A stretch of 62,030 nt of DNA, counting the filler. It is 4 parts of 4 records of this genome, joined end to end, with 100 filler letters (N's around TTAATTAATTAA, not from the genome) between each part and the next. Parts side by side here need not be neighbours in the genome. Positions count along the whole stretch, not along the records: positions 26,463 to 35,312 come from SRR2962707_3156; positions 35,413 to 54,469 come from SRR2962707_3158; 2 more parts are not named here. The stretch is one strand, 5' to 3'. Made by a program: the position numbers and the translations under genes. This document shows, one piece after another, positions 29,801 through 38,077 of the stretch. The first letter of the stretch is position 1, and each line of letters starts with the position of its first letter. Below the pieces are notes generated by a model that saw only the letters and a list, made by a program, of their open reading frames with translations, searched no databases and was not told the origin of the DNA.

Positions 29801-32800
29801 CGTCGCAAGGCAGAGTTCACTATGCATCGCACCCCGCCGATCCCTTAGACTTTGACCTGTGGACGAACACTTCCCTGAATGCCAGCGTGCACTTCCGCCC
29901 TCACAACGAGACTGCACGCTTGGCCATGACGCTGCAAGCGAGCTCGATTGCCGCTTCAGCTACAGTGGCTGGCCTGTGCCCAACTGCAAACCAACTAGAG
30001 TTCCACGGAAACCTCGCAGTTCCAGCGGCGTTCGTCCAGGGTGCAGTCGACCTGAACCTTGACTCCTGCGTAACGGCACCTGCTATTTCCGGAGACGAGG
30101 TCGTTCGTTTTGGAGGAATCAACGCACTACTCATCGGTGCAGGAGCAACGATCGTCAACGCTTCTGGTGAAGTGGATGGTGTAAGTTCTTCGTTGGCAGA
30201 GTCAGCAGCTTCGAGCTTGCCGTTCGTGGTCCACGCTGACATGCACGTCGCAGCCATGGGTGGCGGCCTATTTGACGCGAACGGAAGCTCCACCGTCGTG
30301 CTTGGCTCCAACCAAAATGAAGGTGGTTTCAGGACATCGCACGATTACAATGTTATGCTGCCCCCGCTGCAACTTGCAGTCTCGGCGAAGGTGGCTGATT
30401 TTGACATGTTCTACGACAACGATCTGCTTGCCTTGAGCGTCACAGAGCTTATTGCAATGGGCGGACCCGTTTTTATGGGCGATGTTGGAATCACCGTTGT
30501 TTGTGGCCCCCAGTGCTCGTGTGGCTCGGCTTGCTCCACCGCGCAACTCCTGACGCGCCCGCCTGTGGGCGAGCTCCGTGATTATGGTCGGCATGGCTTC
30601 TCAAGTCTCGTGTCCGCCAATATTACAGTTGCTGGAATGGGCGTTGTGGCCGACGTCCCCGTGATGTGGACGCCGTCGTCTCCAAATGGCGAGGGAAACC
30701 TCACATCTACCCTGCACATCGGCGGCAAAATGCCGATCTTGGTGATTGGCGGAAACCCGTTTGCTGCCGTGGACTGGAAGACTACGATTGGTCCAAGCGA
30801 TCCGTCCAACGGCCCCCTCCCGCTGGTCGTCACTGTGTCAGACTTGACCGAATTCAACTTCAGCTCCAAATTCAACTTAACTGCCGGCTCTATTGACGTG
30901 CAGGCTCTTGTGGATGTGCACAAGCAATACAGCAGTGTGCGTGGCCATCCTTTGTTCTTGACAGCGCTCGAACTGTGGACGGCTGGCGAGTCGCAGCTGA
31001 AGGCCCACGGCGAGCATGTCTTCTTGCCTGTCGGCGCTGGTTTCAACAGTTCTCACGCCATTGACCTGCCAAGCTTGAGTGCCCATGCTGCAATTCCGCA
31101 ATTGGACTTTTTCACCGGCCCCGATGTCATTCGTGCCATGGCCCACCTGTCAGGTCCGGAGTTTGACCAGAATGTATCCGCTCGGGTCCACTTGGCCAGC
31201 CCAGCTGGTTTCGCTGTCGCACGTGTTGTGGACTTTGCAACGCAAACCACGGACGCTGCCTTGAATGTCGCCTTCTTTTTCCAGAACTACACTGCCGCAA
31301 TGGCGCATTTCAACAAATGGCACGTCTCTACGAATGAGTTGTCTCTCAATGTGGACCCCATGTACGCACTCGTGCGCAATCACCACGACTTTGGTCACCA
31401 AGACCCCGCAACTGGGTGGTACACCGACGAGTTTGCATGGGACTTTTCCACCAACTTCATTGGAATGGCAGACCTTGCTGTTGGGGGTAACGCTGTCGTG
31501 CACTCGTGGTGGGACGCCTCTGGGGATGCCGCTGGTGACGCACTGGCGGAGTTCAACGCCGTATTGCCCCTGCTGGACTCCGCAGCGGAGATCAAATTCC
31601 GAACCTTCTCGAACTACAGCCGTGACGACGAAGGTTCTGGTTGGGATGCCACAACAACCATTGAGGCTGACAACCAGATGCATTTCGACCTGACTTTTGA
31701 CAGTGAATCGGTCTTCAACGCAGATGGCTATGGTCACTTTTCTGAATTCGATGATCGCGAGGCTGCTGACGCTGGATTTACTTACCATGTTGACTGTGAT
31801 GTTCCGAGTACACTCGGTACGAAGGTGGTTCGCGTGGACGTAGATGGTGAAGGTGGTGTGTCGCACTACTCGGGTGTGGCTCGTGCGTTGGTAAATGTGA
31901 CCGGAATGCAAGACATGACAATTGCTTTTGTGACGACGACGACCAAGGTCTTCGACACGTCGCTTGAAGTTTGGACTTGCGGTGACGCCGATGCGTGTGA
32001 ACTGGCTGGTGGCGATGAGGATCATGATTCTGTGTGTTCCGATAACGACTCGTGCCCTGCTGACCAAGAAAATGATGCCGACAGTGACTCTGTGTGCGGA
32101 AACGTGGACAGCTGCCCCTATGACGCTGAGAATGACGCTGATGGCGACGATTTGTGTGGAGATGTTGACTCTTGCCCTTACTCGGCAGGGAACGATAAAG
32201 ACGAAGACGGGATTTGCTTTGACCAAGATAGCTGCCCGTTGGATGCGGAAAATGACGCAGACAGCGATCAAACCTGCGGCGATGAAGATGATTGCCCCTA
32301 CGACGCGGAAAACGATGCGGATCGCGACGATATTTGCGGCGATGGTGACCAGTGTCCATACGACGCGGAGAACGATGCAGACAGTGATAGCGTTTGTGGC
32401 GACGTCGATTCGTGCGCCTACGACGCTGCCAATGACGAAGACGCTGATGGTCTTTGCGCTGATGTTGACGACTGCCCGCTTGACCCGGAGAATGATGCGG
32501 ACAAGGACGGCAAGTGCGCTGCCAACGATGCTTGCCCGTACGACTACTTTGACGACATCGACAGTGATGGTGTGTGCGACAGCGAAGATCCATGCCCGTA
32601 TGAGGCTGACGTGACGGAATGCACTATCATCGGATGCGATGCAGTTGGCGGCGATGCAGACAGCGATGGTATTTGTGGTCGTTCGGACATCTGCCCGGTG
32701 AACACGGAGAACGATGCGGACGCGGACAATATTTGCGAAAATTCAGACTCCTGCCCTCTGGATGATGACAATGACGCCGACAGTGACCAAATTTGCGGTG

Positions 32801-33390
32801 ATGTGGACTCGTGTCCGCTGGATGCCGACAATGACGCTGACAATGACGGCCGTTGCGGAAACCGTGATCGGTGCCCCTTCGATTCTGCCGATGATGCGGA
32901 TGACGATGGTCTGTGTGCCGATGTCGACGCCTGCCCAAATGATGCTGACAACGACATTGACAGCGACAGCGTGTGCGGGGACGTGGACTCTTGCCCGAAT
33001 GACCCTGACAACGACTCCGACAACGACCAAATTTGCGGCGATATTGACAGCTGCCCGAACGATGGACACAACGACGCTGATGGCGACGATATTTGCGGCG
33101 ACATTGACAGTTGCCCTACCGACAACGAGAATGACGCAGATGGTGACGACATGTGTGCTGCCCTAGATCCCTGCCCGTACGACGCCGACAACGACGAAGA
33201 TGGCGATGACTTGTGCGCTGATGTTGACAGTTGCCCACGAGACATGGAAAACGACTCGGATGGTAATGGTGTTTGTGAGGTGAATCTTCCAAGTGTGAGC
33301 GATCCCTTGGCAGCAGCCTCTGTGCACGGTGTCAGCGCATTGGTCTCATCTGTGGTTGCCTTGGTGGTGGCAACTTTCGTATTGCGATAA
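26833..33390 (+). CDS. Large eukaryotic membrane/surface glycoprotein with thrombospondin type-3-like Ca-binding repeats
   Basis: 2185-aa uninterrupted ORF; Kozak context ACCACCATGG; RRKR followed by a hydrophobic helix (aa about 33-54); many N-x-S/T sequons; DxDxDxxCxxxDxCP repeats; hydrophobic C-terminus. Confidence 0.85.
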   Translation: MADISDVTVVVGVPVAKTEQRKQAAATTRRKRCICCVVTFVVLAVLVAVLASCLHTYHHVSNRMNNFNKQFNNAHAKVDFSGSHTQVETELESPPPQSAHGVTVSRTTCVTSLEGQHLATVSLDGDFKIVQSVAAASNDKDSSCSLTVDSVTSKNVLWLASQSAQTQFSDEKMSATTDVVCDVGGHFDFVGLVQVPFSTTVATTVDLDLESMYSALHAMVMTVVDPDSPSTATSGPLASLVFVLPSVSYDVGLPEATHRVVSSDGSFNCKPEGCELHLNGDAALRLDELPTQNTNIVQLVAPLSFNEDDEFGLFAVAQSDNALTTLMGNSHSVVLLSKDSFSTRSRTSHANRDGVTGSDHHDGDSDHHHGRQLGNPNAVPYVPCNQFAVCYLLPVDAVNIEACFDLGLDLNHLWANATVEFAGSLPVVDAALGWSQVSSDGTVGIGDVLLDIVSGTTQVFLMDGIIEYRHDKTAIDVEVADTEIKIHAFYAMGPPTTANAVGVFDIGFSGTDIGSNGQLHARSMGTLLLHHDVYGVTVPGVSANVTLRSNMSEADMHVVVHPLSVLSFHPAKDTDLPTLLDVVIRIGDYEDADVHASAEGSVELDLRSRALLQQTEESSSGESFDSDSDGPNQIELFAALDPETMHMETRVVGGDAVAILVRKLPDSTPNAAADALMYDFVVLVTGDSDVHVPTDLIRPRPDGTIDYDAIANFSAGAARRCGNCTYGEEPDDTWYSRSLLLAESTNGSSSEDEGDEEKGGFFDRGNYVGNLVQALSAVTMPIVDARATGFLASSAHARSFVHVGYWAAHASSTLLSATNSWLDAEFHGAAVVDVERHLATLDLDLMSSDASGISTVQAGVIGFVSHDAEQRFDTGLRARLTLQGDLSDSAYEADAAFVDITSGVVLVHNVTNQTAFKAPEWTPPTPAEKAASDAGRPPSWVDTIVGAATTAPAVIASALSTIAKGFPSGESVVTSSVTVLETRRGGLGTTSQGRVHYASHPADPLDFDLWTNTSLNASVHFRPHNETARLAMTLQASSIAASATVAGLCPTANQLEFHGNLAVPAAFVQGAVDLNLDSCVTAPAISGDEVVRFGGINALLIGAGATIVNASGEVDGVSSSLAESAASSLPFVVHADMHVAAMGGGLFDANGSSTVVLGSNQNEGGFRTSHDYNVMLPPLQLAVSAKVADFDMFYDNDLLALSVTELIAMGGPVFMGDVGITVVCGPQCSCGSACSTAQLLTRPPVGELRDYGRHGFSSLVSANITVAGMGVVADVPVMWTPSSPNGEGNLTSTLHIGGKMPILVIGGNPFAAVDWKTTIGPSDPSNGPLPLVVTVSDLTEFNFSSKFNLTAGSIDVQALVDVHKQYSSVRGHPLFLTALELWTAGESQLKAHGEHVFLPVGAGFNSSHAIDLPSLSAHAAIPQLDFFTGPDVIRAMAHLSGPEFDQNVSARVHLASPAGFAVARVVDFATQTTDAALNVAFFFQNYTAAMAHFNKWHVSTNELSLNVDPMYALVRNHHDFGHQDPATGWYTDEFAWDFSTNFIGMADLAVGGNAVVHSWWDASGDAAGDALAEFNAVLPLLDSAAEIKFRTFSNYSRDDEGSGWDATTTIEADNQMHFDLTFDSESVFNADGYGHFSEFDDREAADAGFTYHVDCDVPSTLGTKVVRVDVDGEGGVSHYSGVARALVNVTGMQDMTIAFVTTTTKVFDTSLEVWTCGDADACELAGGDEDHDSVCSDNDSCPADQENDADSDSVCGNVDSCPYDAENDADGDDLCGDVDSCPYSAGNDKDEDGICFDQDSCPLDAENDADSDQTCGDEDDCPYDAENDADRDDICGDGDQCPYDAENDADSDSVCGDVDSCAYDAANDEDADGLCADVDDCPLDPENDADKDGKCAANDACPYDYFDDIDSDGVCDSEDPCPYEADVTECTIIGCDAVGGDADSDGICGRSDICPVNTENDADADNICENSDSCPLDDDNDADSDQICGDVDSCPLDADNDADNDGRCGNRDRCPFDSADDADDDGLCADVDACPNDADNDIDSDSVCGDVDSCPNDPDNDSDNDQICGDIDSCPNDGHNDADGDDICGDIDSCPTDNENDADGDDMCAALDPCPYDADNDEDGDDLCADVDSCPRDMENDSDGNGVCEVNLPSVSDPLAAASVHGVSALVSSVVALVVATFVLR
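32014..33276 (+). repeat. Coding tandem array of 60-bp (20-aa) Asp/Cys-rich repeats, two blocks of 10 plus one partial
   Basis: Consensus DADxDxxCGDxDSCPxDxEN. Block 1 is 32014-32613, the 13-aa spacer is 32614-32652, block 2 is 32653-33252, and a partial unit runs to 33276. Confidence 0.95.
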
Positions 33391-33792
33391 ACATTACCAC
33401 GTTGTGAAAAACATCGTCTCGTTGTGAAAAAAAATATTGTTCATTTTTCTCGTAACTGGAACAGTTGATACAGCAGAAAAACATCATCTCGTTGTGAAAA
33501 GAATGAATTAACATTCATCCAAAGAAGCACGCCTTTTTCTCTTTGGGGTCTCCACATCTCGGACTGGCTGGTCCTCCTCAATGCGACAGTGGGGGCGGCG
33601 GTGGTGGTGGTGGTGGGGCTTCACGTTGTGTCTTGGAGACATAAGTGCTCGCCAGCAATGACGACGGCACGCCTTCGCCACATTCGAACGAGACAAACAT
33701 AACACGAACGCGGTAACCCAACTAGAAAGGACGGATTCTCGACTTATCTCAACGCAGGCCGCTGCTGCAGGCCAAAATCACCACCAACTCAC

Positions 33793-35116
33793 CAATGAGA
33801 GATCGAAGACTAACACCACCGGCCTGGAGTAGGAAGCTTCATCGAGCCGAGTCCAAAAAATCACATGAATCCGAAAAGTTCTGGTATAATAATGGTGGTG
33901 ATCCGTCCAACAGGCCGCAATGTCAAAAGAGTGGAGAGCAGCACACATACATACATTGTGGGTCCATACGTCACGGCACGTACCTCGGACTCATCTGAGA
34001 GCAAGTGTAACTCCGCTGCAGCGTACAGAGTTACCAGCCCACTCTAAGCAACAGGCAATTGGCGGGGCCAGAGTCAATGAAAAGTCCAGAGAAGCCTGCA
34101 GCAGGCCGCTTGAATAGTCACCGCATGGCACTCTTCACAAACCTTTTTCACATACGCTTCAACACCAGACGAGACGTCGCCAGCCTGAAAGAGAATCTAA
34201 AAGACAACAAACGGCAACCGAGCGCACACCCATTGCCGAGTTGTGTCGGAATCGAATTTGTACTTGAAAACGTGCGCCGAAATAGCAGCCATCCAACCAG
34301 GCGAAACTCGTCCAGCATTTCGTTAAGCTGAGCAGCTGTAGACGGAGCATTTGCAGGTTGAGCACCGACAGCCATGGCACCGCCCCACGTGCCTTGGTAA
34401 TTTTGACCTATGAACCGCAAGCGCTGCAGCGCAACAGTGCAATGCAGTCACCATTACCCGACGGGGGCAGACAATACAGCGGATTAACGGCCAAAGCAGA
34501 GTCTGTCCCAGTCCGTGTACAATTTGACGGTTTGCTCCCACCACTCGCTCTTGCAGAAGGCATTTGAAGGTGGCTGTACCTCTTTCAGAGCATAGCGCAC
34601 AACTTCGATGGGGGCGGCCTCCGGTCCAACTTCATCCTGTGCACCTCCGTTCTTTTCCGATTGCTTCATCTGGCTCACGTTTGAAAGCACGTGCTCCGAG
34701 GCCTATCAAACATGGTTTTGTGCAAAACGAATCAATTCAATTCATTCAGAACCGCAAACACCGAAGCAAAACACCGGTGGTTACAAATGACGCGAGTCCA
34801 CGCACGGCAACTTAAAACGCATGTACCTCGTCCGTCGCAAACGACACGAGGTCGTAATGTCCGTGCTTGAACATTCGTGGCTTGCAGGCGACAATCCATG
34901 CTGCGGCAACACCGCAGCTATTGCATCGATGGTCCAGCCCTTCTCCGGCACCAGCTGCACAGCATCCCGCAGAATGCGGTCTCTGGACACGGGGCTCCTC
35001 TCTGATGAGGTGGCGGAAAAGGAACGATAAAGGCGCAGTCCCTTTATCCAAGTTTGACGAGCAGAGCACCGCGAGACATTCGCTATCGCGTCCTTGGCCG
35101 TCCTGGCTCCTCGCAT
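33793..35116 (-). pseudogene. COQ9: Spliced COQ9-like (ubiquinone biosynthesis lipid-binding protein) gene with apparent frameshifts; 3' boundary uncertain
   Basis: Exons 35116-34827, 34702-34580, 34423-34298, about 34043-33984 and 33880 to about 33793, flanked by GT..AG. Translation gives ILRDAVQLVPEKGWTIDAI...HGLSPASH/MFKHGHYDLVSF, ALKE|RLRF...TWGGAM...MLDE, GLVTLYAAAELHLLSDESE|NFSDSCDFLD. The N-terminus is R/S-rich like a mitochondrial presequence. Confidence 0.72.
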
Positions 35117-35286
35117 TGCGCGCTGGTCCAGAGAGCACAACGAATGTGGCTGACTCACTGCTGCGTCTCGCTCTCCTGGCTTCAGGACCGGCTTTGATGA
35201 AGCGAAAAAGAAACAAAAGAAAAAAACAAACAAACAAAGACCCTGAACAAAGAACAGCGACAACAGCACACAACTACTTGGCTTGA

Positions 35287-35312
35287 GGGGGGGGGGGGGG
35301 GGGGGGGGGGGG
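35287..35312. other. Poly-G run at contig end (likely sequencing artifact)
   Basis: 26 consecutive G directly before the linker; typical of two-colour Illumina no-signal tails. Confidence 0.85.
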
Positions 35313-35412
35313 NNNNNNNNNNNNNNNNNNNNNNNNNNNNNNNNNNNNNNNNNNNNTTAATTAATTAANNNNNNNNNNNNNNNNNNNNNNNNNNNNNNNN
35401 NNNNNNNNNNNN
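35313..35412. other. Artificial contig linker
   Basis: N44-TTAATTAATTAA-N44. Confidence 0.99.
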
Positions 35413-35443
35413 GGGGGCGGTAACGCCCCCTCCTACTCGATGC

Positions 35444-35884
35444 TCAGCCGCCCAGCCGCCGCGCCATGGCCTCCATGACACGGCGCCAACCTTCGTGATC
35501 ATCGCCGGTCTCGGCGAAGGACTCTCTTAACAACTGGTGCTGGATACCGGTGAGATGGGCCTGCAGGGCCTTGCCTTGCTCGGTGAGGGACAGGCGCTTG
35601 ATGCGTTTGTCGTTGTCGTCCCGGCGCACGTCCACGTAACCCTGCTCGGCCAGGGTCTTCAGAGGTTTGTGAATGGCCTGCTTGGTGAGGCGCATGGCTT
35701 CCACCAGCTCATTGACGCTGAGGTCGTTGTAGCGGTTGATGAAGAACAGCAGACGGTGATGGATACGGGACAGGCCATAGGTCTTGAGGATGGCGTCGGG
35801 TTCCGCGACCAGGCCGCGAAAGGCGAAATGGAGGGTCTCCAGGGTGGCGTCCAGGTCTTCGGAGGAAAGGCTCTCTGTCATCAT
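35444..35884 (-). CDS. MarR family transcriptional regulator
   Basis: Winged HTH: LSVNELVEAMRLTKQAIHKPLKTL...DDNDKRIKRLSLTEQG. Confidence 0.92.
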   Translation of the reverse strand: MMTESLSSEDLDATLETLHFAFRGLVAEPDAILKTYGLSRIHHRLLFFINRYNDLSVNELVEAMRLTKQAIHKPLKTLAEQGYVDVRRDDNDKRIKRLSLTEQGKALQAHLTGIQHQLLRESFAETGDDHEGWRRVMEAMARRLGG

Positions 35885-36037
35885 CGACTCACTGTCTCGA
35901 TTGGCTGAGGGTCATTGGTCAGAATGATTGACTTTCTTGGGGGTATTATGCAACCCGGTTGGGGTTAAAAGATGAGTCAGGAGCGCGCGCGGACAAGTAA
36001 ATAATACGATATTAATGAAATGCGGAGGTAAAAATAG

Positions 36038-36070
36038 GGGGCGGCGCCGGTGGTAACCGGCCGCCGCCCG
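36038..36070 (-). terminator. GC-rich hairpin downstream of the choice-of-anchor I gene
   Basis: GGGCGGCG-CCGGT-GGTA-ACCGG-C-CGCCGCCC stem followed by CTATTTT on the minus strand. Confidence 0.6.
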
Positions 36071-36085
36071 GGGCAGGATCGGGTA

Positions 36086-37966
36086 TTAGTCCGCCAGCTT
36101 GGACTCTACCCGGTAGATGGCGGTGGTGCCGCTGACTTCGTTGCCCACGATCAGCAGCGCCTCTTCATTGGGAGACTGATCCGCGGGGATGAATACCAGA
36201 CCTTCCGGGCCCAGATCCCCGGCTTCCACCGTGGAAGGGTCTTCGGTTGTCCAGTCTTCACGGGTGTTCAGATAGTCCTGGAAGATCGGCGCGGCGGGGT
36301 CGGTGATGTCATACACCAGAATGCCGCCCATGCGCTCCAGACCCAGGAACAGGAAGTGCTTGTCGCCGATCTGGCCGATGGTCAGGCCTTCCGGCTCCGG
36401 CCCTTTGTTGTCGCTGCGGCTTTCCAGGGCGCTGCCTTCGTCGTGATTGCTGTTGAAGAAGTCCTTGCACGGAATATCGCGATTGCTGCCCAGCATGCAC
36501 TCATCGCCGGCCAGAAACTGTTCGATGGCGTCGCCGGAATCCCATACCAGAGCGCCTTGTTCGTCCCAGATGGAGAACGAGCGGCCGCCAAAGGCGTACA
36601 GGTTGTCGTACATGAGGCGGTCGCCGTTGGCGTCTTCCAGACCCTGCTCGTTGAACATCACCGGGTTGCCAGCCTCGTCGGTGCGATAGCCTTCGGTCCA
36701 GGTGATGTTGAGACGGCCGAGTTTCTCATCATCGCGGCAGGTGCCGGGGTCGCCGGCGGTGGCGCCGCAGTAGCTGAAGGTTTCCGGATTGAGCAGTGCT
36801 CCAGCGGCCAGGGCGCGCAGGTGGGCCGGCAGGTCGTCGCCGCAGCGGCGATCGAAGCCGTTGGCGTGCACCAGATGCTTGACGCGCCATTCCTCGACGA
36901 AGCCCTGGGTGACGTCGCCATCGCAGGGCACGGCGTCCTCGGTGCCGAAGTAGGCGGCATTGTCCTCGCCCCAGGCGCGGGCGTCGCCCTCGTTGGCGGT
37001 GACCAGATAGGTGGCGTCACCGGATGGGTAGGCGGCGATGGCATCCGGCAGGTACAGGCCTTTGACACCGGGCCAGGTGGTGATGTTGATGGCGCCGTCG
37101 TCATCGGAGACGTCGAGCCCGTTGCCGTCTTCACCATGGTCCTTGGCGCCCAGCGCTACAATGTTGGTGACCTTGGCGCCGGCGATGTCGACAATCGCCA
37201 GAGCGTTGTTTTCCTGCAGAGTGACCCAGGCCTTGCCGCTGTCGGTGGAAACCGCGATGTATTCCGGTTCCAGGTCCATGGCCACGGAGGCGCCGGGGCC
37301 GTAGATGCGCACGCCGGCGGCCAATAGCTCGTCCTTGCGGTCATCAAAGCCGGTGAAATCCGCGGTGTTTTCCTGCGGGCTGGCCGGGTCGGTGATGTCC
37401 ACGACACTGATGGAGCCTTCCGGATCCACGCTGTAGTCATCGCTGGGTTCGCCTTCGTTGGCGAGCAGGACGTATTGGCCGTTCGGGGTGAAGGTCACCA
37501 TGTCCGGTTGAGCGCCAACCGATGTGGTGGAGATCAGTTGGAGGGTGCTGGCGTCATACAGCGCCAGATGGCCCTGATCGGTCTTGGTGGGTGCCTCCAC
37601 CGCCAGAGCCACCAGATCGCCGTGCACGGCGACGCTGTTGACCACGGTGCCCTCACCAATGCTTTCGGTGGTCAGGGTGTCGGCGTGAACCGGGTTGGCC
37701 GGATCGCTCAGATCCAGCACGTCCACCGCGCCTTTCTGGGCGTTGACCACGAAGGCCCGCTTGGTGCCGGCATGATAGGCGGTGATTTCGGCCGCGCTGG
37801 CGTCGAATTGTCCGCTCTTGTAGCGGCCCAGCAGTTGCAGGCTGATGCTTTCCGGGGTGATCACCGGCGGATCCACCGGTGTCGGATCGTTGTCGCTGTC
37901 TCCCCCACAGGCACTGAGGGCGGTGGCCAGTACCGTGGTGGTGGCCAGAAGTCGCCAAGTCGCCAT
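36086..37966 (-). CDS. Choice-of-anchor I family beta-propeller lipoprotein (often annotated alkaline phosphatase-related)
   Basis: Lipobox LSAC; motifs AAEI, GAQPDM, ANEGEP, DPEGS, DLEPEYI, VTLQENNA, TANEGD, FGGRSFSI, RSDNKGPEPE, GLER, GDLGPEG and NEVSG. Confidence 0.9.
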   Translation of the reverse strand: MATWRLLATTTVLATALSACGGDSDNDPTPVDPPVITPESISLQLLGRYKSGQFDASAAEITAYHAGTKRAFVVNAQKGAVDVLDLSDPANPVHADTLTTESIGEGTVVNSVAVHGDLVALAVEAPTKTDQGHLALYDASTLQLISTTSVGAQPDMVTFTPNGQYVLLANEGEPSDDYSVDPEGSISVVDITDPASPQENTADFTGFDDRKDELLAAGVRIYGPGASVAMDLEPEYIAVSTDSGKAWVTLQENNALAIVDIAGAKVTNIVALGAKDHGEDGNGLDVSDDDGAINITTWPGVKGLYLPDAIAAYPSGDATYLVTANEGDARAWGEDNAAYFGTEDAVPCDGDVTQGFVEEWRVKHLVHANGFDRRCGDDLPAHLRALAAGALLNPETFSYCGATAGDPGTCRDDEKLGRLNITWTEGYRTDEAGNPVMFNEQGLEDANGDRLMYDNLYAFGGRSFSIWDEQGALVWDSGDAIEQFLAGDECMLGSNRDIPCKDFFNSNHDEGSALESRSDNKGPEPEGLTIGQIGDKHFLFLGLERMGGILVYDITDPAAPIFQDYLNTREDWTTEDPSTVEAGDLGPEGLVFIPADQSPNEEALLIVGNEVSGTTAIYRVESKLAD

Positions 37967-38017
37967 GAATCGTCTCCAGTTGTCATTTTGGTCGCCCTTG
38001 GGGTGTACAGAACGGCG

Positions 38018-38055
38018 ATGACAATGGCGTGACGAAACGGTGACCGCCGTATGAC
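38018..38055 (-). promoter_or_regulatory. Putative tandem Pho boxes (four GTCAY half-sites with 11-bp period)
   Basis: Minus strand reads GTCAT-acggcg-GTCAC-cgtttc-GTCAC-gccatt-GTCAT, 52-89 nt upstream of the ATG. Confidence 0.65.
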
Positions 38056-38067
38056 GGCGGTCACCGT
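38037..38067 (-). terminator. Perfect 14-bp hairpin after the acyl-CoA ligase gene
   Basis: ACGGTGACCGCCGT-ATG-ACGGCGGTCACCGT, 10 nt past the stop codon. Confidence 0.7.
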
Positions 38068-38077
38068 GAACAGGCTC

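Noticed and set aside
32014..33276. 60-bp periodic array as a possible CRISPR or non-coding repeat
   Set aside because: There is no invariant repeat with unique spacers. Variation is largely at synonymous or tolerated codon positions of an in-frame protein repeat, and no cas genes are present.
34781..35273. ORF-track 162-aa and 153-aa minus-strand ORFs as independent genes
   Set aside because: They are two frames of COQ9 exon 1 on either side of the frameshift, extended into low-complexity upstream sequence.
35287..35312. Poly-G tract as a G-quadruplex or telomere-like feature
   Set aside because: It sits at the contig terminus and is most simply a sequencing artifact.
25299..37966. Phytase and Pho-regulated lipoprotein as one phosphorus-scavenging island
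   Set aside because: They are on different contigs from different organisms.
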